This document shows positions 14,758-32,720 of a DNA stretch of 64,000 nt, in pieces. This stretch comes from the human T2T-CHM13v2.0 reference genome, Homo sapiens. The notes below the pieces were generated by a model that saw only the letters and a program-made list of their open reading frames with translations, was not told the DNA's origin and did not search any database. Each line of letters begins with the position of its first letter. Within the stretch, counting starts at the first letter, position 1. The position numbers and the translations under genes were made by a program. The stretch lies in NCBI RefSeq assembly GCF_009914755.1, contig NC_060927.1; one strand, given 5' to 3'.

Positions 14758-14785
14758 CTTTTTATTTAGCTATTAAGTAGGTTTA

Positions 14786-14830
14786 ATACACATACATACA
14801 CACATGCACATGCAAGCACACACACACACA
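14786..14830. repeat. Imperfect (CA)n/(TACA)n microsatellite
   Basis: atacacatacatacacacatgcacatgcaagcacacacacacaca. Confidence 0.75.
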
Positions 14831-15226
14831 ACTGAAAAGAAATTTCTGCCCAGTGTTTGATAGCGGAAAGATTTCTGTTTGTGTGTCTGTATATTAACAC
14901 ACATACATACACATATCCATATTTAAAATGCCTACAGAAGAGGTATTTAATTCTCGAACTGTAATATCACCCACTTTATGTATGACTCAGGTCATCTGTT
15001 TACAATTTCTATAGTGGGGATTAACTGGAAAATACACATAGCCACTATCAGATACCTCCACTATCAGATCTGGATATTTTTAAAGTTTCCATTTTTATTG
15101 CATTTAAAATTGTAAGATCTTACTTTCGTAAGGGCTAGTCATAGCTCAACTGAGGGTTGACAGCCCACTGTCTCAGCCCTGCACTGGCTTTGGGCTCATG
15201 ACTTAGAACAAGTTTTTTTTATATCT

Positions 15227-15553
<327 letters not shown>

Positions 15554-16538
15554 TAACCTAAAAATGAAGAATCTGAATTAGATGAACATAGAAGTCACAG
15601 CTAGCTCTCATATACTGTGAATCATTTTTCATTTTATGCTCTAGATGAGTCATTGACCAAGCAAGCACTGTCAAGGATGGTAGTATTGTGGCAAGCTGAA
15701 AATTTATGCTAAACAATTTTAATCTGCCCTGAACCCCCAGCCATCCAGTTGGTGGGATATTCAATCTCACTCCTCAGTAGGGTTCTCTACCTCCTCAGGT
15801 CCCAGAGAATAGCTGGTGGGAGGAGTTGGAGAAGAGTCCTCTAGACCTCTGTCCATGCTGGTCTCTGTTAAGTTCACCATCCCTGCCCACATGGTCTTCT
15901 GACAGTAGGCAGGGGATATCTGTGCCATTGCTCCCAGGACTATATTCTTGGAGTCCACCAGCCTGAGACTGTGCAATCCTGGGGTGATACTTTTGCTCAG
16001 CACAGAATCACCCCCACCGCCTCCCAGAACCCGACTCCATCTGTTAGTCTCAGGAATCTTCCTCTCCCCTTGGGTCCCACAGCTTCTACCTGTTAAGTTT
16101 CATGCACTTACTTTCTACATAACTCTCACTGAGCCAAGGTTATTGCAAACAAAAGGCTAAGAAGGAGTTGTCTTCTCTTGCTTGGCAATGTCTGCTTCCT
16201 GATGGAATACAAAAACCACCTAGGTAAAAACAAAAACAAAAAACACAAGACGTGGCTACCTTCTTAGCTTGGGAAAGGGAAAAATATCTACAGCAGCAAG
16301 AATAAAGGACAAATTACTGCCTTGATAAAGTAGCCAGCCATATCAGTACATAAGCCATAATATCTTATGCTAATTCAACAAACATGGATGAGAAAACTAT
16401 TACTTGCTAATCACTGACCTAGATGCTAAATTGTCCACCCCAATTGTGATTATTAATTGCTTGACTCTGACACCGACCTTATACAGGGTTGGTAGAATGT
16501 AAAAGTAAGAGCTTTCACAACACTTTTTCCATATCATC

Positions 16539-17013
<475 letters not shown>

Positions 17014-17034
17014 GCAGGATTAAAAGATAATATG

Positions 17035-17348
<314 letters not shown>

Positions 17349-17937
17349 TCAAAACAAAAATAAATGCAGATAATACAATAATACAGAAGAGTATAAAATG
17401 CAAAGTGAAAGGTCTTCCTAACCAGTTTCAATCACTAGTGGCAATCCTGTCAACAATACCTGGTTTTATTTCTTCAAAGGAGAGGCATTAATTTTATAAA
17501 ACATACTTTTATTTTCTGAAATTTTCACATCTTTCCCTTCTTTTACAACCCATGGTGTCCTCTTTCTTGTATTCTTTTTTTATTTCCCTGAAGCAATTTT
17601 TTTAAAAGATGCATGAACAGTAAGCATTCTGATCCTAACATCTAAACATGTCTACAGTGTGCCCTCACACTTACCTATTAGTTGGCTGGGTATATTCAGG
17701 TTGAAAATCTTTTTTTTTCTTTTTTTTTTTTTATTATACTTTAAGTTTTAGGGTACATGTGCACACTGTGCAGGTTAGTTACATATGTATACATGTGCCA
17801 TGCTGGTGCGCTGCACCCACTAACTCATCATCTAGCATTAGGTATATCTCCCAATGCTATCCCTCCCCCCTCCCCCCACCCCACAACAGTCCCCAGAGTG
17901 TGATATTCCCCTTCCTGTGTCCTTGTGATCTCATTGT

Positions 17938-21780
<3,843 letters not shown>

Positions 21781-21816
21781 TTAGTTGATGCAGTTTCTTC
21801 CTAGTCTCGATGGTCT

Positions 21817-22833
21817 TTACATTTTGGCATGATTTTGCAGCGGCTGGTACCGGTTGTTCCTTTCCATGTTTAGCACTTCCTTCAGGAGCTCTTTTAGGGC
21901 AGGCCTGGTGGTGACAAAATCTCTCAGCATTTGCTTGTCTGTAAAGTATTTTATTTCTCCTTCACTTATGAAGCTTAGTTTGGCTGGATATGAAATTCTG
22001 GGTTGAAAATTCTTTTCTTTAAGAATGTTGAATATTGGCCCCCACTCTCTTCTGGCTTGTAGGGTTTCTGCCGAGAGATCCGCTGTTAGTCTGATGGGCT
22101 TCCCTTTGAGGGTAACCCGACCTTTCTCTCTGGCTGCCCTTAACATTTTTTCCTTCATTTCAACTTTGGTGAATCTGACAATTATGTGTCTTGGAGTTGC
22201 TCTTCTCGAGGAGTATCTTTGTGGCGTTCTCTGTATTTCCTGAATCTGAATGTTGGCCTGCCTTGCTAGATTGGGGAAGTTCTCCTGGATAATATCCTGC
22301 AGAGTGTTTTCCAACTTGGTTCCATTCTCCCCATCACTTGCAGGTACACCAGTCAGACGTAGATTTGGTCTTTTCACATAGTCCCATATTTCTTGGAGTC
22401 TTTGCTCATTTCTTTTTATTCTTTTTTCTCTAAACTTCCCTTCTCACTTCATTTCATTCATTTCATCTTCCATTGCTGATACCCTTTCTTCCAGTTGATC
22501 GCATCAGCTCCTGAGGCTTCTGCATTCTTCACGTAGTTCTCGAGCCTTGGTTTTCAGCTCCATCAGCTCCTTTAAGCACTTCTCTGTATTGGTTATTCTA
22601 GTTATACATTCTTCTAAATTTTTTTCAAAGTTTTCAACTTCTTTGCCTTTGGTCTGAATGTCCTTCCGTAGCTCAGGGTAATTTGATCTTCTGAAGCCTT
22701 CTTCTCTCAGCTTGTCAAAGTCATTCTCCATCCAGCTTTGTTCTGTTGCTGGTGAGGAACTGCGTTCCTTTGGAGGAGGAGAGCCGCTCTGCTTTTTAGA
22801 GTTTCCAGTTTTTCTGTTCTGTTTTTTCCCCAT
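21817..22833 (-). pseudogene. L1 ORF1, disrupted
   Basis: MGKKQNRKTGNSK...NHAKM* with a premature TGA at 22504-22506 after LRS (probable CGA>TGA). Confidence 0.95.
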
Positions 22834-23288
22834 CTTTGTGGTTTTATCTACTTTTGGTCTTTGATGATGGTGATGTACAGATGGGTTTTTGGTGTGGATG
22901 TCCTTTCTGTTTGTTAGTTTTCCTTCTAACAGACAGGACCCTCAGCTGCAGGTCTGTTGGAATACCCTGCCGTGTGAGGTGTCAGTGTGTCCCTGCTGGG
23001 GGGTGCCTCCCAGTTAGGCTGCTCGGGGGTCAGGGGTCAGGGACCCACTTGAGGAGGCAGTCTGCCCGTTCTCAGATCTCCAGCTGCGTGCTGGGAGAAC
23101 CACTGCTCTCTTCAAAGCTGTCAGACAGGGACATTTAAGTCTGCAGAGGTTACTGCTGTCTTTTTGTTTGTCTGTGCCCTGGCCCCAGAGGTGGAGCCTA
23201 CAGAGGCAGGCAGGCCTCCTTGAGCTGTGGTGGGCTCCACCCAGTTCGAGCTTCCCTGCTGCTTTGTTTACCTAAGCAAGCCTGGGCA

Positions 23289-23411
23289 ATGGCGGGCGCC
23301 CCTCCCCCAGCCTCGCTGCCGCCTTGCAGTTTGATCTCAGACTGCTGTGCTAGCAATCAGCGAGACTCCGTGGGCGGGCGTAGGACCCTCCGAGCCAGGT
23401 GCGGGTTATAA
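23289..23411 (+). pseudogene. L1 antisense ORF0, frameshifted
   Basis: MAGAPPPASLPPCSLISDCCASNQRDSVG is the ORF0 N-terminus; a gggc duplication at 23372-23379 shifts the frame to GRRTLRARCGL*. Confidence 0.85.
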
Positions 23412-23746
23412 TCTCGTGGTGCGCCGTGTTTTAAGCCTGTCGGAAAAGCGCAGTATTCGGGTGGGAGTGACCCAATTTTCCAGGTGCGTCCGTCACCCCT
23501 TTCTTTGACTAGGAAAGGGAACTCCCTGACCCCTTGCTCTTCCCGAGTGAGGCCCTCGCCCTGCTTCGGTTCGCGCACGGTGCGCGCACCCACTGGCCTG
23601 CGCCCACTGTCTGGCACTCCCTAGGAGATGAACCTGGTACCTCAGATGGAAATGCAGAAATCACCCGTATTCTGCGTCGCTCACGCTGGGAGCTGTAGAC
23701 GGGAGCTGTTCCTATTCGGCCATCTTGGCTCCTCCCCCTGAAAATC

Positions 23747-24100
23747 ATTTTCTACCAAAACTTTGAAGGCGGTATTCTGCTGTCTTCCAGCATACAGGAT
23801 TGCTGATGAGAAGTCTATGAGTCTGATTCTCATTCCAATGTAAGTAATCTGTTTTGCTTTTTCTAATTCTTTTAAGATATTCTCTTTAGCTTAGAGTTCT
23901 GAAATTTCACCAGGTTGTGTTTAGGCATGGGTATTTTGGGTTTTTGTTTGTTTTCTGTCTAATTCTGTATGGCTGATATGATTTTTTTCCATCTAAAGAC
24001 ACTTGTCTTTCTCCAACTAAGAAAAATTGTGTTCTGGAACTTGAATTTCTTGGGTCTATCCTCCATGCCTTGAGTTTTCTCTCATATTTTCCACCATTTA
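23747..24100 (-). mobile_element. Ancient L1M ORF1-region remnant hosting the young L1 (continues left at ~17600-17709)
   Basis: Rejoined flanks ggctgggtatattcaggttgaaaatcatttt...tgctgatgagaagtct resemble L1 ORF1 antisense at 21981-22085. Confidence 0.6.
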
Positions 24101-24124
24101 TTTTATTTCTCTACATTCCAGTAA

Positions 24125-24436
<312 letters not shown>

Positions 24437-26166
24437 TGAAAATCTTTAAGGATACTAATAATTTTTGCAAGTTCTCCTCTGCTCCCTAAATTATCTGTTT
24501 TCTCTGGGCTCAGTTGTTTGGGTTTATTAATCTTGGACCTTGTGTTTAATGCTATGGTTTTTTTCTCAAATTCTTGTAAATCATAATCCACAAATGAAGA
24601 GCTTGGAGGATTAATAGAGATGGTTAGTGTTGGTTTTCGTTTTAGCCATGTATGTGTTTCCCCAAGAAAAGTTCTTCTTGAATAGCTGCTTTAAAATTCT
24701 CACATGCTAATTGCAATATCTTAGTCATTTCAAGACCAGTCTTTGTTGTCCTTTCCTATATGGGTTCTGTTTTTCTGTTTCCTTTTATGTAGACCAATTT
24801 TGGATTGTGTCTTAGACATTGGAATAATATTATTGTAAAGACTCTGGATGCTATTCTATTATGTTCCTCTAAAAACTTTTTTTTAAAGCAGGCAGTTAAA
24901 TTGGCTGAAAAACTGTAATGAGCAGTAACTCAAATCTCAGTCCAATTCTTTTAGTCTTCATTTAGGCTGCTTGGAATCTTCCCTGTGTATGGTTAGTTCA
25001 AAGTGTGGAGGTCAGCCACAGCATTTGGGCAGAATTTATATGCACAGTATGGGGTTCCCCTTCTTTGGCTTTCAATTTTGGGGAATTTCCTTCTCACTTT
25101 TCAGAGGTGATGAATGCCCCCAAACTCTGTCCTCTGGTATTTCAAGCCAGCAAGACGATGGATTTTTTTTTTACCTGGGTTTTTAGCCATCCACCCCCAC
25201 CCTTTACCCCTGCATGACACAGATGAGCCTGCCCTCAGGCCAAAAGCCTTAAAAAAATAACAATAAACAAAAAAATAAAAAAAACTCACCTAGCGCCATT
25301 CCCTTTTTTCAAATGTTGACTCCTTGCCCCTTCTTTCAATTGCTTTCAACTACTTTCAACTAGCTGTATTCTATATTTTGCCCAAAGTGTACAGTTATCT
25401 GTGGAAGTGTTAGTCTAAAGGAGGCACAAGACCATTGTCTGAAGTGGATACTCTCACTTGATTGGAAAGAGCAGGTTTGAGGTTCCATATAAGGGCAGTA
25501 GTTACAGCAGCAGGTGCCCTGTAGCGTTTGTGAGCAGGGAAGTGGTATGGCAGCTGGGAACATATCAAAAAATAAAAGGAATTTACTCATGGCTGAGGTG
25601 AGTGTTTCTGTGTAAATATCTCCTGGGCAGAGTGATTGTAACCTTTTAAAATTTCCCTTCCACGTCTGTGATATAAGTCCCACAATGTCTGCTCTGCTTC
25701 CCCTTCAAGGCACAGCAGCCATACTAGGAGGCCTCCCCCTAAAACCGCACCCCCTTTCCACAGAGAGCACTCCTCCAGATTTTATCTTGAAGGAGGCCAC
25801 CCTGTGTCTATGGAGGAAGGTGGGGGATGACCAGCTGATAGGGAATGCACCCTTTAATGCGTTACCCTGACAAGTATTCCATAGTTCCCTAATGTTGTAT
25901 GGATGAGCCAAGTTCCTAGCTTCCCCACGGCTCCCTTGGGAAGAACCACATTCATCTCTAGTGACTTCAATTCCTCTGTTTTCACTTCTTCATTGGTTTG
26001 ATCACATCTGCTTATCTTTGAAGAATTTCTCAAAATATCTGACCTGCTGATGTTCTCTCTAGCACTGTTATGATTTAATTATTATTTTAACATCTTTTCT
26101 ATTAATTCAGTAAAAGATTGGGAGAAAGGGAAGTTCAGTACAATAGGTCTTTTTACCCTAAATACG

Positions 26167-26629
26167 TGTTGTGCCAAACCCCTATTTACTCCAGTGGGGA
26201 TGGCACCAGATTCAGGTAGAGACCCAGGATCGGCAAATGAGTCATGGAATTTTACTGGGGAAATTACATACAGGGGAGAGAGTTCAGTGGTGTTCGGCTG
26301 ATCAGGAGAACTGCAACCATTTGCAAAAGGCATGCAGTTATATTTATATAGCATTTTCACTTAACCACCTCCCCCTAACAAGCCTTACCTGGCAAACCTC
26401 ATTTAACCCAAAACGACAGGCCTTGATCCGCTGTATGGCCCACAATCCACAGGACGGGCTATGGGTTTAGATGTTTCTCATACATAAGGAATGAATCTCC
26501 ATGTTGGCCACTCCCATATTCCTTAGCTCCAAACTCCAAGCACGCATTCAGGTGGGTCTGCCATACAGGGTCATTCTCAGGATATGCTTAAGTTAAGTTA
26601 CTGCTATCAGGTACATCTACCATAAAACA
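26167..26629 (-). mobile_element. Solo ERV LTR (subfamily uncertain, LTR47-like)
   Basis: TG...CA-bounded ~460-bp block recognised as interspersed LTR sequence (tgtgccaaacccctatt...ctgccatacagggtcattctcagg). Confidence 0.55.
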
Positions 26630-27293
26630 GGAAACCTGAACTTGTTTTTCTAGCAAATGGGTCTATACTTGTGTCAAAGTTAAGAACACTAGCCAAGACA
26701 TTCAGTGAAGGGAAGAAACCAGGCATAACACTATGTAAACAATTTAATTTAATCTCACAAACATGTATTAAGTACCTATTTTTAGCCTTCAGTAGGGTCC
26801 ATAGTTTCCATCATATTTTTAAAAGGGAATCTTAAGAAAAATGCCATCGTTTGGTACAGGGAGTGCAGCACTGAATCACTTATAGCCTCTGCCCTTATGA
26901 GTGTCACAGCTAAGTAATTTAACTGAGGTTTTCGCTTTTCACTAGTTTATATTATTTTTCTTTCAGAGTTTGAGGATTTGGCCCTTCCTTTTAATAGTTA
27001 CCCCCAAATTTTGCCCCTTAATCCCATATTTCTGGTTTTAAACCACAAGGTCTCCCCTCTTTCCAGTTAACTTTGCACAATATTCTTAAGACTTGTTTCT
27101 GGCCATTGTTCAAAAATACACATTGGGCAGATTCAATTTAGGCCCTCTCTAATTACTTGTTTATTATCATAACTAATAAAATGGTTGGTGCTAACATAAC
27201 AGCATTGCTCAGTTTAAAGCCAGAGTATTTTTCTTGTGAAGCCCCAATTTAAATTCATCGGTTACAGAAACTCTCCCAGAAGTATAACTAAAA

Positions 27294-27482
27294 CAGCAAT
27301 TCTCAAATTTGAGTGTGCATATGAATCTCCTAGGATGTGTGTTCAAGATTCAGATTCCCAGGTCTCAATCCCAGAAATTTTGATTCGGCATGCCTACAGT
27401 GGGTCCAGCAATCTGCCTTTTTACTAGGTATTACACATGATTCCATTGCAGGCAGTTCCTGACCTTGCTTTAACAAACCCTG
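27294..27482. mobile_element. MER5-type hAT MITE
   Basis: cagcaattctcaaa...gaatctcctagga...aaaccctg, about 190 bp. Confidence 0.65.
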
Positions 27483-27834
27483 CTTCAAGCTATGCAATAA
27501 ATCTCCAGCTGCTTCCACAGTGGCTGAACTAAATTACATTCCCACCAATAGTGTATAAGCATTCCATTTTCCTTGCAGCCTCGCCAACATCTGTTATTTT
27601 CTGACTTTTTAATAATAGCCATTCTGACTGGTGTGGGAGGGTGTCTCATTATGGTTTTGATTTGCATTTCTCTGAGGATTAGTGAAATAACTAAAAATAG
27701 AACTACCATGCAACCCAGCAATCCCATGACTGGGTATACACCCAAAGGAAAAAAGCCATTCTACCAAAAGATACATGCACTCTCATGTTCATCATAGCAC
27801 TATTCACAATAGGAAAGACATGGAATCTACCTAG

Positions 27835-30297
27835 TGTTACAGGATCCTTGGGGTGTTGTTTTTCTGGCTGGAAACCTCTGTGGCCAGTGGCATCTTCATC
27901 TGAGTTTTGCCTGGGCCCACTGGGCTCATTTTGCCCACTCGGCCTGGCAGGCTGTACTCAGCTCATGCTACCAGCCTGGGTCCCACACCTGTCAAGGGTG
28001 AGTCAGACGTGGAACAGTGAGGGCTGTGTGAGCACGCATGGGGTCTGGCCACTGCGCACAATCAGACATGCTGGATGCTGTAGCAGGGCAGGCAGCTCCA
28101 GGTGCCGGGACAGATGCTGGCTATCTGTGAGGCTACAGCAGGACCAGAAACACCGCAAGCAGCTTCTATGGCCGGCAATGGGGAACACAGTGGTGCCCAG
28201 AAGTTTGGAGACACCAGGAACTGCAGGACTCCCTCTTTGGGAGTCACAGCCCCGGCTCGGGGAACTCCCAGGTCTGGGATCCCCGAAGGGCCACAGCTCT
28301 TCTTTCCTTCTCTTTGCCTGCAACGTGGCGAGCAAGGGGCATGTCTCAGCCCTGTTTGTGTTACAGCTCTTTTAGCCTTACTATTCATGAGTCCTGAGAC
28401 CAGGAAGAATGAGGTATGCAGACAAGTGGAGGGTGAGCAAGATGAAGAGGAGCTTTATTGAGCGATAGAACAGTTCAGGGGAGACTGCAGGGGGCAGCTC
28501 CTTTCCACAGGCAGTATGTCCCAGTGAAATGGCTCCATTGTCTGGGGTATGTACCCTGGTTCTTTGTCACAGTCAAGAAAGAATTCAGGACACAGACACA
28601 CACGGGGAGTGGGCTCAGGAGTGGAAAGTTTAATAGAAAAAGAAGAGAAAGAGAAAAGGCTTCCTCATGCTGAGAAAGCAGGTTGCCCAAGAAAGGTTCT
28701 CTGATTTGGGGCGGAATGCAATCGATTTTGTACAGAAGCTTGAGGAAGCAGTGATTGGTTTATGTAGGGCTTAGAGGATAGATTTGACCAGGTGTGCCAT
28801 TTACATAGCCCATGAAAAAACTGACCCTCCCACCCTAGTCTTTTATTATGCAAATAGGGCCTCTACCTGGTGGTGGCCATCATGCCTGTACACGTGGTTT
28901 TACCTGGAAGTTGTCATGACACTGGCACACGTGGTGACAAGGAAAAGAGGGTGGGAGATGCCATATTGAATGTATCTGGCTTCCAGGTACAGCTGCCAGC
29001 ATTTACATATAAAAGCTCCTAATTTGCATATCTATGCCTGACTCTTCAGGCTGCTTTCTGTTAGAGAAGAAACGGTTTGGGGCTGCTTTTTATTAAAGGA
29101 AAATTCCACTGAGAACTCTTTTACCCTTTCTAGCTGCCTAAAAACAATTTCTTAATAACTCCTGTGTTACCAATGAGTGTTCAGCTTCTAGGAAAGAGGG
29201 TAGCTCCTCTCTGCTAGGCAAATTGTCCCAACAAGTATTCAGCTATCAGCAGAGGGTAGCTCCTTTCTGCAGCTGGTCACCCCAATGTCTGCTCAGGTCT
29301 GGCTGAGCCTGGGGCTTTTATGGGTCTCAGAAGGCAGGAAGTGCATGCTGATTGATCCATAGGTAGCCATGAGCAGGCCTGCAAAAGGTGCCATAAGTTC
29401 CCACTCCTGTCCATGGGATTGGCAGCCCAACCCCCAGCCTTCAGGCCCTCCCTAGCCTGAAGGTGGGGCCTCACTGGGGATCCACCCCATTCAGCCCAGG
29501 AACCTGTCTGCCTCCTGCTGCCATTCATGGTGCTCAGGCTGTAGCTGTCAAGGGGTGCCCATAGGCCAGTTCTGAGCTGCCCTCAGCACCCCATTGGCTT
29601 TCCTCCTATGCTCATTAGAGTCCAAAGTCCAGAGGGGGCCAAAGCAGCAGGGGCTGGCATGTCAGCACTGCTCCGAGTGTGTATACTCCCAGCCGGGCTG
29701 CAATAGCGCCCAGGCTTGGCCCCAACTTTGCTCCAAGATAGGAGCAGGTGCTGACAGCAGGGAGAAGCCAGGCAGCAGGAGCAAGCACTTCTGAGCCTGT
29801 GAGGATGGTGGGGGCTTCCTGGGCCCCCAGGAATTCAGGATGCCTGGGTCCACAGCTGTGGTTTGGATGGCTGCAGCTGCACAATTAGTGGAGGGGGGCA
29901 TTCTGCCTGCTCCAGGGAGCAGGAGGCCCAGGTCTGCAGCCACGGTTTGAGCGGCTGTGGCCATGCTCAGGAGAATGGGTCTCCTGCCTCTTGCCTGCTC
30001 TGTGGAGCAGGAGGCTCAGTTCCACAGCCACAACTTGGGTGGCTGCAGCTGTGCCTGGGAAGGTGGGGCCCCTGCCTGCTCACAGGCTGCGAGAGCACAG
30101 GGATGCTCAGATCTGCAGCCATGGCTTGGGCATTTGCAGAGGCACCCAAGGAGCTCTCACCCCAACTCAGAAGGGGCAGGGCTCCCACTTGTCCCCAGCT
30201 CCCACCGGCTCCATGGAGCATGCAGCCTCAGCCACACCTTCCTCCTGCAGCTGGCATTATGGCAGCAGCCACTCCAGATGGCCTCCCACTACCATCA
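27835..30297 (-). mobile_element. MER52-like ERV1 solo LTR containing a nested LTR
   Basis: TG...CA termini, 4-bp TSD ctag at 27831-27834 and 30298-30301, long GC-rich body. Confidence 0.82.
28525..29169 (-). mobile_element. LTR9-like ERV1 solo LTR nested in the MER52-like LTR
   Basis: Distinct 645-bp block with imperfect 4-bp TSD ccag/ccaa; the host sequence rejoins across it. Confidence 0.72.
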
Positions 30298-30881
30298 CTA
30301 GGTGTCCATCAATGGTGAATTGGATAAAGAAAATGCGGTATATATATACCACAGAATACTATGCAGCCATAAAAAAAGAATGAAATCATGTCTTTTGCAG
30401 CAACATGGATGCAGCTGGAAGTCATTAGCCTAAGCAAGTTAATGCAGGAACAGAAAACCAAATACCACATATTCTCACTTATAGTGGGAGCTAAGCATTG
30501 GATACACATGGACATAAAGATGGGAACAATAGACACTGAAGACTACTAGTTGGCAGTGGGAAAGCGGGGTGAGGGTTGAAAAACTACCTATTGGGTACTA
30601 TGCTGACTACCTGGGTGATGGGATCATTTGTACCTCAAACCTCAGCATCCCAAACTATATCCATGTAACAAATGGATATAGCACAGATATCCCATGAATC
30701 TAAATAAAAGTTGAAATTAAAAAAAAAAAACTATGCAATAACCCCTAGGGTGAGTAGAACATGCAGGTTTGTCCACTTAATCAAGATTCTGTGAAGTAAC
30801 TCAGAGGTCTAAAACTACCTTAATTATGTAGGCATTAGGGTGTGCGTGTGTATGTGTGTGTGTGTTTTAGAAAAAGGAATA

Positions 30882-31576
30882 GTTAGAATGGCGATCATTA
30901 AAAAGTCAGGAAACAACAGGTGCTGGAGAGGATGTGGAGAAATAGGAACAGTTTTACACTGTTGGCAGGACTGTAAACTAGTTCAACCATTGTGGAAGTC
31001 AGTGTGGTGATTCCTCAGGGATCTAGAACTAGAAATCCCATTTGACCCAGCCATCCCATTACTGGGTATATACCCAAAGGATTATAAATCATGCTGCTAT
31101 AAAGACACATGCACATGTATGTTTATTGCGGCACTATTCACAATAGCAAAGACCTGGAACCAACCCAAATGTCCAACAATGATAGACTGGATTAAGAAAA
31201 TGTGGCACATATACACCATGGAATACTATGCAGCCATAAAAAGGATGAGCTCGTGTCCTTTGTAGGGACATGGATGAAGCTGGAAACCATCATTCTCAGC
31301 AAACTATCGCAAGGACAAAAAACCAAACACCGCATGTTCTCACTCACAGGTGGGAACTGAACAATGAGAACACATGGACACAGGAAGGGGAACATCGCAC
31401 ACTGGGGCCTGTTGTGGGGTGGGGGGAGGGAGGAGGGAGAGCATTAGGAGATATACCTAATGTTAAATGACGAGTTAATGGGTGCAGCAGCTCACCAACA
31501 TGGCATATGTATACATATGTAACTAACCTGCACGTTGTGCACATGTACCCTAAAACTTAAAGTATAATAAAAAAAA
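30882..31576 (+). mobile_element. 5'-truncated L1PA 3' end
   Basis: ORF2 tail, 3' UTR and poly(A); TSD agaaaaaggaata at 30869-30881 and 31577-31589. Confidence 0.95.
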
Positions 31577-32269
31577 AGAAAAAGGAATAATAGAAGTTGG
31601 AAATGAGCTCAGATTTTTAAATGTAATCTTAATAAGTGTCATCTGAAGAGCCAAGGCACTCAAAGAATTAGGCGTGTTTTAAAATGGTGGTTTTGAGAAC
31701 AAAGAGTGATGGCTCCTCAAGAAGATCAACCATTACAATTATTGTTCCCAAAACTCATTTTATTATTAAATGAATAGTAGTATGGTTATTGTGATCATAT
31801 TTGCCAAGCCCAAGCACGGAAAAATAAACTTTAAAAATCTATAGCAAATATAACAAATAGAAGCTTTTGGCATACCATGGAAAATTTAAAGCCAAATTTT
31901 AATATGTGACCCTTTGTTGTTATAACATCTAAAGTTACTTGCCATCACCACTTCTCTCCTCCATCCCTCTTACAAAGGCTATACAAAGTAAATCATACTT
32001 GAAGTAAAGAAAATGAACGGGGGAAAATAAAACTTCTATACCACTCCTTCAATCTTTAAAAATGGATTTTTGTTTCTTTTTTTTCTTACCTTTTTTTGGT
32101 AGTATCTTTTCACATATATGTCTGATCCACCTATAATTAAATTTTAAAATTTTATAAAAGAGGGCTAAGTCTTTTAAATCAACTTTTTACCAAGTACCTT
32201 TGTGTTAGAAGTAACTATTCTAGTGAAGTGACTAAAGGGGACACATACATAGAAAAGAGAAGAGGATAA

Positions 32270-32720
32270 ACTAGTGGAGCCAAACAGCGTGAGTTCAAAT
32301 CCCAGCTCTGCCACTTACTAGCCATATGATCCCAGGCAAGTTACTTAACTTCTCTATACTTCAGTTTCCTCATCTATCAAATGTGGATAATAATAGTACT
32401 TACCTCAAAAAATTGTGATGGAGGTCAGGAGATCGAGACCATCCTGGCCAACATGGTGAAACCCCGTCTCTACTAAAAATACAAAAAAAATTAGCTGGGC
32501 GTGGTGGCAGGTGCCTGTAATCCCAGCTACTCGGGAGGCTGAGGCAGGAGAATTGTTTGAACCCGGGAGTCGGAGGTTGCAGTGAGACAAGATCGCCACT
32601 GCACTCCAGCCTGGCGACAGAAGAGACCCCATCTAAAAAAAAAAAAAAGAAAAAAAAATTGTGATGAAGAATAAAGGAGTTAATACTTAACAAATACCAT
32701 GTAGGTGTTTGTTAAATGAA
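32270..32720 (+). mobile_element. MIR split by a 5'-truncated Alu (32421-32650)
   Basis: MIR core gttcaaatcccagctctgccacttactag; the Alu starts at gaggtcagg and is flanked by TSD aaaaaattgtgatg. Confidence 0.85.

Larger units (their letters stand above)
27501..30730 (+). mobile_element. 5'-inverted (twin-primed) truncated L1 of an older primate subfamily, split by LTRs
   Basis: Inverted part 27501-27685; sense parts 27686-27834 and 30302-30730 with poly(A). TSD ctatgcaataa at 27490-27500 and 30731-30741. Confidence 0.88.

Noticed and set aside
27785-30383. Dense cluster of 70-196 aa ORFs on both strands
   Set aside because: Stop-poor GC-rich LTR sequence with no recognisable protein.
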